Shown here: in pieces, positions 1-12,210 of the stretch
Numbering within the stretch: position 1 is the first letter of the stretch
How the letters are laid out: the number at the start of each line of letters is the position of its first letter
Origin: the human T2T-CHM13v2.0 reference genome, Homo sapiens
Reading direction: 5' to 3' (one strand)
Assembly: GCF_009914755.1 (NCBI RefSeq)
Contig: NC_060931.1
Length of the DNA stretch: 64,000 bases
Made by a program: the position numbers and the translations under genes
The notes under the pieces: model-generated
Seen by the model: only the letters and a program-made list of their open reading frames with translations
The model's database searches: none
What the model was told of the DNA's origin: nothing

Positions 1-3000
1 AAACTTAATGTTGTCTTATAACCAATACTTTCAGCTTCCCTCACTTAAAAACATGTTCAATCTGTACTAAATGGAAGAATTTCTTGAGTTACTGTAGGTA
101 AAATCTACTTTCATTTTACTTTGAACTCTAAAAAAATCAATTTACTTCCATGCATCCAATGATCAGCAAGATGTTCATCAACTTTCTAGGACTCATACAG
201 ATAACCTCCCCACAGGCAAGGCCTCTTCCTGTCATATTCTGATAAGGGTAGATTTCACGCCAGCATAAGCTGGACATTCTTCACATATCAGCTGGCTGAA
301 CAAAAACTGTCAAGGGTTTTACTACTGACACTGTCAGTAGGGAACTTGTCAAGGCTTTCTTCTACGGAAATGATATAGTAGAAATTCTGCTCACCTGAAT
401 ATTGTGGGGGAATAGTTGTCAGGATTGGGAGGGTTACCTACAGCTAAGAGCAGTGCAATAATAAAATATAGACACTCTCCAATATTGATGAGATATATTT
501 CTTCCTACTCTTTACAGGTGCTATCTCCAACTTAGGATATGTTCTGATGATATAATTCTACTGACACAAATAGCATACTAAATTGTGAATATTTTACTAA
601 AGACCTTGTGAGTACTTTAATAAGATACATTTTATTATTTTGGAAATTAAATGTATTAACTCCAAGGATAAGAATTTTTCTGTCCCTTATGGTGTGTGTC
701 ACTTAGTAGTACAGAATATACCAATGAGTAAAAAAGTTATTAATGCTTCCTGCCTTTATGCTAAGGTAGTCAGTATCATTCCCCTGTGTAACACAATGCA
801 CCAAGTTAATAAAGGAAGTTTACATAAATTTCATATCACTTGCTTTCAGTATTTTTTTGTACTAATACATTTTATTTTTGAGTTAAAGTATTTTGTTTTG
901 TGTTAGGGTCTTTTTCACACCTTGGTTATATGTGAAAACAAGTCATCTAGAGAACACATGGTGTGAAACTGCAAAGAGAACAGTGTAGATAGTTCTTTAA
1001 GTAAAACTGAGTTGTTCATAGTACAGGTTGTTCATGGTTACACAGTCATGGATTCTTGAAATGAGTGTCTTCTTATTAGCTGGGGGAGTTGTTTTGAGGG
1101 ATTTCTCTCTTTTATAAGATAAGCTTTACATTCTTTCATATGAACATGACTGAACATCGAGTGTGAATAATCTTCAAGCCCACAGCCTAATTGTTCTCCA
1201 TTCACACATATTTATAGACTTCGCATGTCACCCCTGGGATGCTGGTATACTGAGTATGTTTCCTATTGGGAAATGTTAAGTGCTCCCGGGGAGAAACTAA
1301 CATAGTCTAAATTTGGTGGAATAAATGCTACATTTTTAGGGAGAATTAACTGTTTTTGCAAAGACTTTAAGAAGTTCGTTAGTATTCTTGGTATTTGATA
1401 TGAAAGGACACACACTCCTAAATTATTCATGTTACATATTTACATGATAAATATTAATTTTAGGTGAATTAGTTACCTCCATATCTATTGACCTTTGCTT
1501 TGGCATTTGCTTTAGTCTAACAACTACATCTTAATAATGATATTCTTGCAATATTCCTTCTTTTTCTGTGACTGTTTTTGGTGTCTGCAGTGATTTAGCA
1601 GTGGTTGGGGGGAGCTCTAAAAGAAAATGCTTTAAAAAAAATACCCAGTTGCAATTCAGAATTCTGAAGGATCTTTGGAAAGCAATAACCTACAGGACAT
1701 AATTGACATTCCAAAACTAAAATCTGATCTACCTCTAGCAATGAAATTATACTACCCTGGAAAGACTGCTATAATAAATCTACTTAAGAGTGTTAAAATG
1801 CAGCCATTAAAGTGGCCAAGAAAATATTAATGTCCTAACATTACATGTTTTATGTTACTTCCTTATAACCTCAAGATACATTAGTAGTAAAATGTATCCC
1901 TAGGCTAGACTCCTAAATGAGTTGACATGCTGTGTAAAGTTAGTGGATACAGAACAATTAAATTTTGAAAGTTGCAACTGCAAAACTTCAGTTTTTTTCT
2001 TCCATGAATTACTGGTCACTGGTGTCAGTCCTTTTTGGGAGGGGCAGAGAAGCCATCTCTTCTTTGGTTTTAAAAACATTCATTTCTCTTGGTTCTTTAC
2101 CTTATTTTCTGATCCTTTTTGCTCATATTCCTTCCCAAAATATTCTCCTTTTTTGGTATTTCATCTGGTGGTATCAAATAGGGCCTTTATCCTTGTTCTT
2201 TTTCTACCAAGGTATTTTCTAGGAAATCCAATCCTTTCCTCTCATCTCCTTTCCTCCCCTCCCGTCTCTACAACCTGCCAAATACAACACGCCCATCTTT
2301 ACTGGTGAGATTTACCCTTGGTTTTTGCTTTTCTTTAGCATTGTGCATTCATACACATTGTTCCCTTGCCTGAAATGAACTCCCTCTTGCACTCTTGCCA
2401 TGCTTCCCTGCAAGTAGTGTCTCTGTCGTCATTGAGCTCAAGTGCCACTCCCTCCATAAAGGGCTCTATTTCTACTACTCCCTTACGCTCATTCTGAAAC
2501 TTGGTTGTATGGCATGGCATATTGCATTTTAATTACTGGTTTGTCTACATGCTCTCCTGATGACTTTGAGGACTTCCATGACATGCAATCTGTATTGGTA
2601 TTTCTATCCTCACTCTCTTAAACAAATTGTATATGTTAATATACGTTCAATGGGTCAGTGAAAGAAGTCCTGCTATTCCTCAGACAGAAGGAGGATAAAG
2701 ACTGCTTACAGTACTGCTTAAAGATGTTCATATTTGTGTGTGAACTTAAGATGTACTAATTCAATATACACTTAATCAAATAATTATGATAATTTTAGAG
2801 TCATATTAATATCTAAAATATATAGTTTTAGCTTGGGCCATTTTGTATTCACTTATTCTTTTGTACACTTCCTATATCTGGTCCTGAAACAGATTTAATT
2901 AAAAAAAGATTTATCTGCCAAACAACTGAAGAGTTTTAAAAAATGCCTTTGGGTTAAAGTTTTCTTTTACTGTAGTTTCTATTCTGTACTTATTTAAATT

Positions 3001-3452
3001 GAAATTGACAATTTTATTCAATATCATAATTAACTTATTTTTAACCACATTTTATCCAAATAAGATTTCTTTTGACAAGCAGGTTTTACTTCTTATATAA
3101 TTTTGGAATTTAGAATATATATTTGCATGATATGTGTATATTTACAGATAAATTTTCGTCTAGTTTTTACATTATTCCTGCTAAACTTTGATGAAGAGGT
3201 TGAGTCAAGAAGGCCTTTAAGTCAAAATTTTAAAGAAACTTGTCAGTAAACCAGAACTGACCAAAGATGGAATTGTGTTAAATATTTTCACAACCATAAT
3301 GTGGATTACTGTTTACCATAGTGAATACCAACCACAATGTGAACAGAAATGCAGCCCTCATAACCTGGATGGCTGTGTATATATCCCTTCAGAGCAATCA
3401 CATGCTCAGTCAGTCTTCATAAGTGAATCCTTGAGAAGAAAGCAAAGGTTAC

Positions 3453-3634
3453 CTTCTTTGTTCTTGTGGGTACTTAATTGTGAGAGGAGGTTTTCGTTGG
3501 CCTGCACGCAGTACACCTCTCGGGTCTGGATGCCCCCTCCACAGAGGGCCGTCTGGTTGCCGCGCCTCTTGTCCTGCTGACTGAGCAAAGGGTCCACACG
3601 GCACTCAGTCCACTCTGTAGTTCTCCAGCCATAC
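3453..3634 (-). CDS. THSD7A: THSD7A coding exon (exon 4, 182 nt, phase 2-1)
   Basis: Acceptor TCTTTATTTAG|GTATGG (AG at 3636-3635), donor AAAGAAG|GTAACC (GT at 3452-3451). AC|G gives Thr, then YGWRTTEWTECRVDPLLSQQDKRRGNQTALCGGGIQTREVYCVQANENLLSQLSTHKNKE, in frame with exon 3. Confidence 0.97.
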
Positions 3635-6246
3635 CTAAATAAAGACAACACCACCAGCAGCAACCATAATTATTGAATGACGTGTTTCTCTACTCCTGTC
3701 ATACTTTGTTTTAACGAAAATTAGTCTCAAAATCATTTTCCTAGAGAATCCATCGTAGACTACATCTATGGTGCATATTTGGTTTCAACTCCTTTATGCT
3801 CTGCAGTGCTCCATTTAACGAGGGGTTAAATTTAGGGTGATCCTGTTTCAATTGCAATTACTGGAAGTTACTTATAAATATTTTATGAAAAGGGAGCACA
3901 ATGCTGAAAACATGAAATTTTATGTTCAATTAAGCTGAACCCAGGCTTGCCCTTTCTTGTTGCCTATAAACAAAGGTGGATTGAATATGAAAATGGGAAA
4001 CATTCTGAGTGATGATGAACCAAAACATTTGCTTTGCCTTTTACAAAATAAATGAAAACTGCACAGTGTAGCAAGATTATGCTTGTATATTAGGGTTAAA
4101 AATTATAAGACAATAAATCAGAGTTTTCTCTTTATTGTCAAGAATAAGATTTTTTTTTTTTTTTTGGTAGCACTGAGCATTCCTAATGAGTGCGGATGCA
4201 TGATGCAAAGAGCTGGCACTTCTCATCAGTGGAGCACAGGAAAGAAGATCTATGATGCTCAATTAAAGCTCCAATCAAGATTATGATGTGAGAAAAATGT
4301 CAGGGGATTGTCAGTCCAACACGTGATTGAAGGAGATAGCTAGGGAAATATTTCTCGATGCCACCGAAGACAGGAAGTGATGGCATTTCTCCACCTCAAG
4401 GAAAATGGATGTTCTAAAAGCACAAAGAACATGACTCATGTAGCACTTTGTGTCACTTTAACGAAGATGCTTCCTTAGTAATCAGATGAACAGCCAACAT
4501 AGGTGCAAATGGATGTGCAAATATTCATCTGAATCAGGCAGAAGGTTAAACGGCCCTCAGATGTCTAATCTAGATGCTTCACTCTGTCAGTGGTAAGGTT
4601 TTGTGACAGTAAAGATGAACTTCATGCCTGTTTTTAAATTTTATAAGTGGGGATTTGTTGCTTAACGAATTGTGGGACTGGGTCATGAAGAAACAACACC
4701 TGACATTAATTTATAAAGGAAGTGCAGCACTCAGGTCAATTATAGAAACACGAATAATTGATGCCTGGTTTGGGGATTGAAGGGGAAGGAAGCAAAACCA
4801 AATAGATCATTTGTTAAGGGAGCTGCAATAATTGTTCTAAATAAATTGAAGTTCTGATTTAGGTCACGCCAAAAAGTCCAATGAGAGGAATAGCCTGTCA
4901 ATAATTTAGATTGGTTACACATTCTATGAAAAATGCTTCCCCCCAAAAAGGGCATGGAGAAAGATACTCAAGGATATATGTTTATTTTGTTAATTGTGTT
5001 TGAATATCTGAGAAGAAAAAGAATAAAGCACTTAGCTTGCAACAAAAATAGAGGAAACTCATAGGAGAGAAAATACAGGAAATCCTGGCAACTTCCTTGA
5101 GCCTATTATGTGGGGAGGAACCAGAACAATCAGTGGGATAGGCAGAGACATTGGGGAGGAAATTCTCTGTGGAGGTTTCAGTCACTTTTCACATTAGAAC
5201 ACAATGGATGAGTCCAAAGTGCTGCAGAATTATATATCTGGTATAAAACATTACTATTTTTTTTGTTGTTGTTATAGGAATAGTAGTAGTAGTAATTTGC
5301 CTCCCCACTGGTTCATAAAGATCTAGCTATATGCATGTTCTTTAAATGTTTGGAATAATCCAGAGATGCTCTCAATGAAGTTCACACATCTCTATTGAAA
5401 AACTAATATAAGTTGCTTTATAAATATCCTATATACAGATTAAGCTGAAATATTGCTATTACCAAAATAATTCACAATGATAACTTGGAAATTATATTTT
5501 AATACTGTCATACTGCCAAATGTTTCAGAATGAGTCTTATTTAATCTGAATTCAATGAATATTTATTGAACACATATTTTGTACCAGGTATTGTGATATA
5601 TGCTAGCAATTAAACAAAAAGCAAACAAGCAAAAAACCCAACCCTTTTCCCCATATTAGTAAGCACAATCTTTGTCCTCATGGAACTTAAAGTATCATTA
5701 TTTTGATGTAGTATTTTACTCTAGTGAATAGGATTTGTTATACAAAGTACTGAATTTTAATAGTTAACGATAATCTATATTTGGAAAGTTTATTTTACCT
5801 TGTGGAATGGAGGTTGACAAACTGTGGCCCAAGATCATATCAACCTGCCACCTTTTTTTTTATATAAATAAAATTGTATTGGAACACAGCCACGCTCAGT
5901 TGTTTACATATTACCTCTAGCTCCAACAGCAGTGTTGAGTCATTGCAATAGAGACACGTATGGCCTGCAAAGCTTAATGTTTTAACTATCTACCCCTTTA
6001 CAGAAAAATTTTGGCAACTCCTATTATAGAAAATACATAAACATAGAATTGGTGCTAAAAATTTCATGGAGATTTAGTTTGTCAGGACACTTTTATTCTG
6101 TAAAAAAAGTTTTTTTTAAGGATACTGTTTGTAAAGATATTTTTTATGTGTAAAAATTACTGTTGCTTAGAGTACTGTTCAGTCAAAATCAAATAGCTGA
6201 GCAAATGTAGTTTCGGCAGACGCTATACCCTTCTTTATTTACTCAC
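3635..6246 (-). other. THSD7A: THSD7A intron 3 (2,612 bp)
   Basis: GTGAGT...TTTAG, in-frame join PCA-T-YGW. Confidence 0.93.
5808..6023. mobile_element. hAT-Charlie MITE, MER58A-like
   Basis: Degenerate terminal inverted repeats (ggaggttgacaaact...ttttggcaactccta) and internal motifs ttggaacacagccacgctc and tatggcctgcaaagc typical of MER58A. Confidence 0.75.
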
Positions 6247-6495
6247 GTGGCACAGGGGACAACTCCATCTCCTTGAGACAAACAGGGTTCTTTTTCTTCA
6301 AATTCTGGACACTCCTTTTCACTGCCAATGGGAAACTGCCTGATGGTTCGTGTCCTTACACGAGTGCCTGCAGGGGACACCATGTCATGGCATGTTTTTG
6401 AGCAGGGGCTCCACTCTGACCACTCGGAAACCTGGCACTCTTTGGTGATCACACAGGACTGGAAGGTCATTGGAAGCTTCTCTTGCTGGCAAAAG
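6247..6495 (-). CDS. THSD7A: THSD7A coding exon (exon 3, 249 nt, symmetric phase 2-2) encoding one TSR repeat
   Basis: Acceptor TTTTACAG|CTTTTGC (AG at 6497-6496), donor GCCAC|GTGAGT (GT at 6246-6245). AG from the previous exon plus C gives Ser, then FCQQEKLPMTFQSCVITKECQVSEWSEWSPCSKTCHD...VVPCA. Confidence 0.97.
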
Positions 6496-6889
6496 CTGTA
6501 AAAGAGCATTGATATTCTCATTACAGACTCACAGGCAGTTATGAACTTTGTCTTCTACGCTCAAGAGTGAATCAGCTTGGGCATTTTTATTTCTACTTGG
6601 AGGTGTGATTCCAGTTTCATCGAAAATACATCAACATTTATGATGTGGAAAAGCAGTTAGACTCAAAGCTAACATTTGCATATTCTTCTGTTTTCTAAGA
6701 GTTGTTAAACCATTCATAGGAAATAGAAAATAAAGAGAATTAAGTAAAATTAGCTAAAGCTAAGTTTACCATACTGTTCATTTTACTCATTCCAGACTTG
6801 TTTTAACTTAGAAAATGAGAAACCAAGAACTGTTAACATATGCTAATTTCCATTCTGTTTAGGGAATCAAGTAAATATGCCTGCGTAAG

Positions 6890-7333
6890 TGTGATGGTTA
6901 ATACTGAGTGTCAAATTGATTGGATTGAAGCATGCAAAGTATTGGTCCTGGGCATGTCTGTGAGGGTGTTGCCAAAGGAGATTAACATTTGAGTCACTGG
7001 CTGGGAAAGGCAGACCCACCCTTAATCTGAGTGGACACCATCTAATCAGCTGCCAATGCGGCTAGAATATAAAGCAATCAGAAAAACATGAAAAGAGTAG
7101 ACTGGCCTAACCTCTCAACCTACATCTTTCTCCCGTGCTAGATGCTTCCTGCCCTCGAACATCAGACTCCAAGTTCTTCAGTTGTGGAACTCATACTGGC
7201 TCTCCTTGCTCCTCAGCTTGCAGATGGCCTATTGTGGGACCTTGTGATCATGTGAGATAATACTTAATAACTACACTTTATACATATATCTATCCTATCA
7301 GTTCTGTCCCTCTAGAGAACCCTGACTAAGACA
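6890..7333 (+). mobile_element. 5' LTR of HERV-L (MLT2A, probably MLT2A1), 444 bp
   Basis: Starts TGTGATGGTTAATACTGAGTGTCAA and ends CCCTGACTAAGACA (TG...CA). Direct repeat of 12726-13157. Confidence 0.92.
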
Positions 7334-7338
7334 GATTT

Positions 7339-7356
7339 TGGTACCAGGAGTGGTTC
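7339..7356 (+). promoter_or_regulatory. Primer binding site complementary to the tRNA-Leu 3' end
   Basis: TGGTACCAGGAGTGG immediately after the 5' LTR is complementary to the ...CCACTCCTGGTACCA end of tRNA-Leu(TAA), the primer that names HERV-L. Confidence 0.85.
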
Positions 7357-7377
7357 TACAGGAGCAGAATATTAAGG

Positions 7378-9042
7378 ATGGAATTCTTTCATTGGTTTTG
7401 GGATTTCTGGAGTTGGCTGCTTAATATTAGACCCCAAAATGCTAAGGACTCTACTTCTAATAGTATGGAGAACACTCATAGTCCTTGGTGTGAACTGTTT
7501 AGGGAGTTATGCAAAATAAATGCATTTGACGCTCCTGATTCATTGCTTGTGAAGGCAAGGAGTTTAGAGACTCTATATATAACACCTTTGACCATATATG
7601 GAGAACCAAGAAACATAATGAAGCTAGTCCATTGCTCCTAAGTTCAATGGAAAAGTGATGAAAGAAAATGATAAACTCAGGGATTCTAACTCCTAGCTTC
7701 ATAAGCAGATACTGAGCCTCAAATCTGCTAGATAAATTGTCCTGAGTGAAAGACTTATCTTCTGTTGAGAAGGAGCCGAAATTGTGGAAAAACAGACACA
7801 AGCTCTTATCATGTGAGTGGGTCATCTGCAAGGAAAGATGCATGCACAGCCTCACCAGGTGTCTACTGTTAAAGTGAGGGCATTGATTGGAAAAGAATGG
7901 GACCCTGCAACTTGGAATGCAGACGTGTGGGGGGACCCTGATGAAGCTGGGGACACTGAGTTTGTAAACTCTGATGAATCTTTTTTGCCAGAAGAAAAAG
8001 CTTCCCCATCCCCAGTAGTGACAACATCCACTCCCCAACCCATGCTGCCATCAGCCTTTCCACCTTTGTCTGAGGAGATAAACCCTGCACTGCCTGAGGC
8101 AACAGTGATGGCCTCCCCTGAGGCAGTTGCCAGGCAAGATAATGTTGATTCTCCTCAGGAGCCACCCCCAACACCCCTGTTTGCTTCTAGACCTACAACT
8201 AGACTAAAGTCCTGGCAGGCCCCTAGAGGTGGGGTTGACAGTGTGACCCATGAGGAGGTGTGCTACACTTGAGAACTGCTTGAATTCTCTAATTAATATA
8301 AACAGAAATCTGCAGAACAGGCATGGGAATGGATATTAAGAGTGTGGGGTAATGGTGGAAGGAAGATAGAGTCGGGTCAGGCTGAATTTATTGATTTGGG
8401 CCCACTAAGTAGGGATTCTGCATTTAATGTTCCAGCTTGGGGAGTTAAAAAAAGGTTCTAATGGTTTATTTGCTTGGTTAGCTAAAATATGGATAAAAGA
8501 TGGCCCATTGTGAGCGAGCTGGAAATGCCTGATCTCCCCTGGTTTAATGTAGAGGAAGGGATCCAAAGGCTTAGGGAGATTGGGATGGTGAAGTGGATTA
8601 GTCACTTTATACCTACTCATCCCAGCTAGGAGGTCCAGAATACATACCCTTGACCAATGCCTTGCAAAATAGATTTGTGAGGGCAGCACCTGCATCTTTG
8701 AAAAGTCCAGTAATTGCTCTTCTCTGTATGTCAGATCTAACAGTGGAAACCAAAGTCACTCAACTACAAAACTTAAATACAATGAGAATAATTGGATCCT
8801 GAGGTGGCAAGGGCCAAGTGGCGGCACTCAACCATCAAAGGCAAGGCGGGCATAGCTATCGTAATGGACAGCAGAGGCAAAGCAGCAATCAGAATAGTCT
8901 GACTCATGTAGAGCTCTGGCATTGGTTAATTAATCATAGTGTTCCTAGAAGTGAAATTGATAGGAAGCCTACCGTATTCCTACTTAATTTATATAGGCAG
9001 AAAACTTCTAGGTCAAATGGACAAAAGACATTTGAATTATAA
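7378..9042 (+). pseudogene. HERV-L gag, disrupted by stops and frameshifts
   Basis: ORF fragments 7378-7641, 7817-8272 (VKVRALIGKEWDPATWNADVW, Pro-rich) and 8818-9042 (AALNHQRQGG...ELWHWLINH) are ERVL gag-like and split by stops such as TGA at 8270-8272. Confidence 0.88.
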
Positions 9043-9199
9043 AAACAGAGAATCATGGCCCCTCAATCAATTTCCAGGCTTGAGCCAGTTTACAGACCCA
9101 GAACCTCTTGAATGAAAGGGAGGCTGGGTCCCCTTGGGGAAGAACACCACTACATTATGGACAATTTATGCTGTTAATCTTTCTTCCATCCTTCCCCAA

Positions 9200-12100
9200 G
9201 GAAACCTCTGGCCTTTTACCTGGGTAACTGTGCATTGGGAAAGGGAAATGATCAGACAATTTGGGGATTACTGGACACTGGCTCGGAGCTGACATTGATT
9301 CCAGGGGACCCAAAACATCACTGTGGTCCTCCAGTTAAAGTAGGTGCATATTGAGGTCAGGTAACTAATGGAGTTTTAGCTCAGGTCCAACTTACAGTGG
9401 GTCCAGTGGTTCCCGGGATTCATCCTGTGGTCGTTTCCCCAGGGCCAGAATGCATAATTGGCATAGACATACTTAGCAGCGGACAGAACCCCCACATTGG
9501 CTCCCTGACTGGTAGGGTGAGGGCTATTATGGTGGGAAAGGCCAAACGGAAGCCATTAGAGCTGCCTCTACCTAGAAAAATATTAAATCAAAAACAATAT
9601 CGCATAGCTGGAGGGATTGAGGAGATTAGTGCCACCATCAAGGACCTGAAAGACGCAGGGGTGGTGATTCCTACCACATCCCTGTTCGACTCTCCCATTT
9701 GGCCTGTGCAGAAGACAGATGGATCTTGGAGAATGACAGTGGATTATCGTCAGATTAATCAAGTGGCAACTCCAATTGCAGCTGCTATACCAGATGTGGC
9801 TTCATTGCTTAAGCAAATTAACACATCTCCTGACACCTGGTATGCAGCCATTGACATGGCAAGTGCCTTTTCTCCATTCCTGTCCATAAGGCCCATCAGA
9901 AGCAATTTGCCTTCAGCTGGCAAGGCCAGCAGTATACCTTTACTGTCCTACCTCAGGGGTATATCAACTCTCCAGCTTTGTGTCATCATCTTATTCAGAA
10001 AGACCTTGATTGCTTTTCACTTCCACAAAGTATCACACTGGTCCATTACATTGATGACATTATGCTGATTAGATCCAGTGAGATCTAGTTCTAGAAGTAG
10101 CAAACACACTAGACTTATTGATGAGACATTTGCATGCTAGAGGATGGGAAATAAATCCGACTAAAATTCAGGGACCTTCTACCTCAGTAAAATTTCTAGG
10201 GGTCCAGTGGTGTGGGGCCTGTCAAGATATTCCTTCTAAGGTGAAGGATAAGTTGCTGCATTTGGCTCCTCCTACAACCAAGAAAGAGGCACAATGGCTA
10301 GTGGGCTTATTTGGATTTTGGAGGGAACACATTCCTCAACTGGTGTGTTAGTCTGGCCCATATACCGAGTGACCTGAAATACTGCCAGTTTTGAGTGGGG
10401 TCCAGAACAGGAGAAGGCTCTGCAATGGGTCCAGGCTGCTGTGCAAGCTGCTCTGCCACTTAGGCCATACGACCCCCCATATCCAATGGTGATTGAGGTG
10501 TCAGTGGCAGATAGGCATGCTGTTTGGAGCCTTTGGCAGGCCCCCATAGGTGAATCACATCAGAGGCCTCTAGGATTTTGGAACAAGGCCCTGCCATCTT
10601 CTGCAGATAACTACTCTCCTTTTGAGAGACAGCTCTTGGCCTGTTACTGGGCTTTGGTGGAAATTGAACGTTTGATTATACGTCATCAAGTCTCCATGTG
10701 ACCTGAACTGCCTATCATGTACTGGGTGCTTTCTGACCCATCTAGCCATAAAGTGGATCATGCACAGCAGCATTCCATCATCAAATGGACGTGGTATAAA
10801 TGTGATCAGGCTAGAACAGGTCCTGAAGGCACAAGTAAGCTACATGAGGAAGTGGCTCAAATGCCCATGGTCTCCACTCCTGCCACCCTGCCTTCTCTTC
10901 CCCAGCCTGTACCGATGGCCTCATGGGGAGTTCCCTATGATCAGTTGACAGAGGAAGAGAAGACTAGGGTCTGGTTCAAAGATGGTTCTGCACGGTATGC
11001 AGGCGCCACCTGAACGTGGACAGCTGCAGCACTAAGCCCCTTTCTAGGACACCCCTCAAGGACAGCAGTGAAGGGAAATCTTACCAGTGAGCAGAACTTC
11101 GAGCAGTGCACCTAGTGGTGCACTTTGCATGGGAGGAGAAATGGCCTGATGTGTGATTACATACTGATTCATTGGCTGTAGCCAATGGTTTGGCTGGATG
11201 GTCAGGGACTTGGAAGAAGCATGACTGGAAAATTGGTGACAAAGAAATTTGGGGAAGAGGTGTATGGATGAAACTCTCTGAGTGGTCAACAACTGTGAAG
11301 ATATTTGTATTCCATGTGAGTGCTCACCAATGGGTGACCTCAGCAGAGGAGGATTTTAATAATCAAGTGGATAGGATGACCTGTTCTGTGGACACCATTC
11401 AGCCTCTTTCCCCAGCCACCCCTGTCATCGCCCAGTGGGCCCACGAACAAAGGGGCCATAGTGGCACAGATGGAGGTTATGGATGGGCTCAGCAACATGG
11501 ACTTCCACTCACCAAGGCTGACCTGGCTATGGCCACTGCTAAGTGCCCAATTTGCCAGCACTTATGGGGGAATGGCCTTTTGAAGTCACAATTACAACGT
11601 AAACAAGGTAACAATAGTTTGCAGGGCTGGGGCAAAGTTCTCCAGACGGCCGTGAATGCTCTGAATCAGCATGCAATATATGGTACTCTTTCTCCCATAG
11701 CCAGAATTCATGGGTCCAGGCATCAAGGGTTGGATGTAGAAGTGGCTCCACTCACCATCATCCCTAGTGATCCACTAGCAAAATTTTTGCTTCCTGTTCC
11801 TGCAACATTACGTTCTGTTGACCTAGAGGTCTTAGTTCCAGAGACAGGAATGCTGCCACCAGGAGACACAACAATGATTCCATTAAACTGGAAGTTAAGG
11901 TTGCTACCTGGACACTTTGGGCTCCTTCTACCTTTAACTCAACAGGCTAAGAAGGGAGTTACAGTGTTGGCTGGGGTGATTGACCCAGACTAACAAGATG
12001 AAATCAGTTTACTACTCCATAACAGAGGTAAGGAAAAGTATGCATGGAATACAGGAGATCCATTAGGGCGTCCCTTAGTATTGTCACGCCCTGTGATTAA

Positions 12101-12210
12101 GGTCAATAGGAAGGAAAGTGGATAGGATAAGGAAAAGTATGCATGGAATACAGGAGATCAATTAGGGCGTCTCTTAGTATTACCATGCCCTGTGATTAAG
12201 GTCAATGGGA
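9200..12210 (+). pseudogene. HERV-L pro-pol-dUTPase, disrupted; integrase catalytic core deleted
   Basis: LLDTGS protease; [19 protein letters not shown] and YIDD RT motifs; RNase H (WFKDGS, AVANGLAGW); HHCC (HEQRGH...CPIC); dUTPase-like LPPGDTTMIPLNWKLRLLPGHFGLL...VTVLAGVIDPD. Multiple frameshifts and stops. Confidence 0.92.

Noticed and set aside
3275-3580. 101-aa plus-strand ORF
   Set aside because: Antisense shadow of exon 4 with no recognisable domain.
7378-12210. Replication-competent or domesticated HERV-L
   Set aside because: Multiple stops and frameshifts in gag and pol, an insertion after YIDD (about 10071-10092) and loss of the integrase core.
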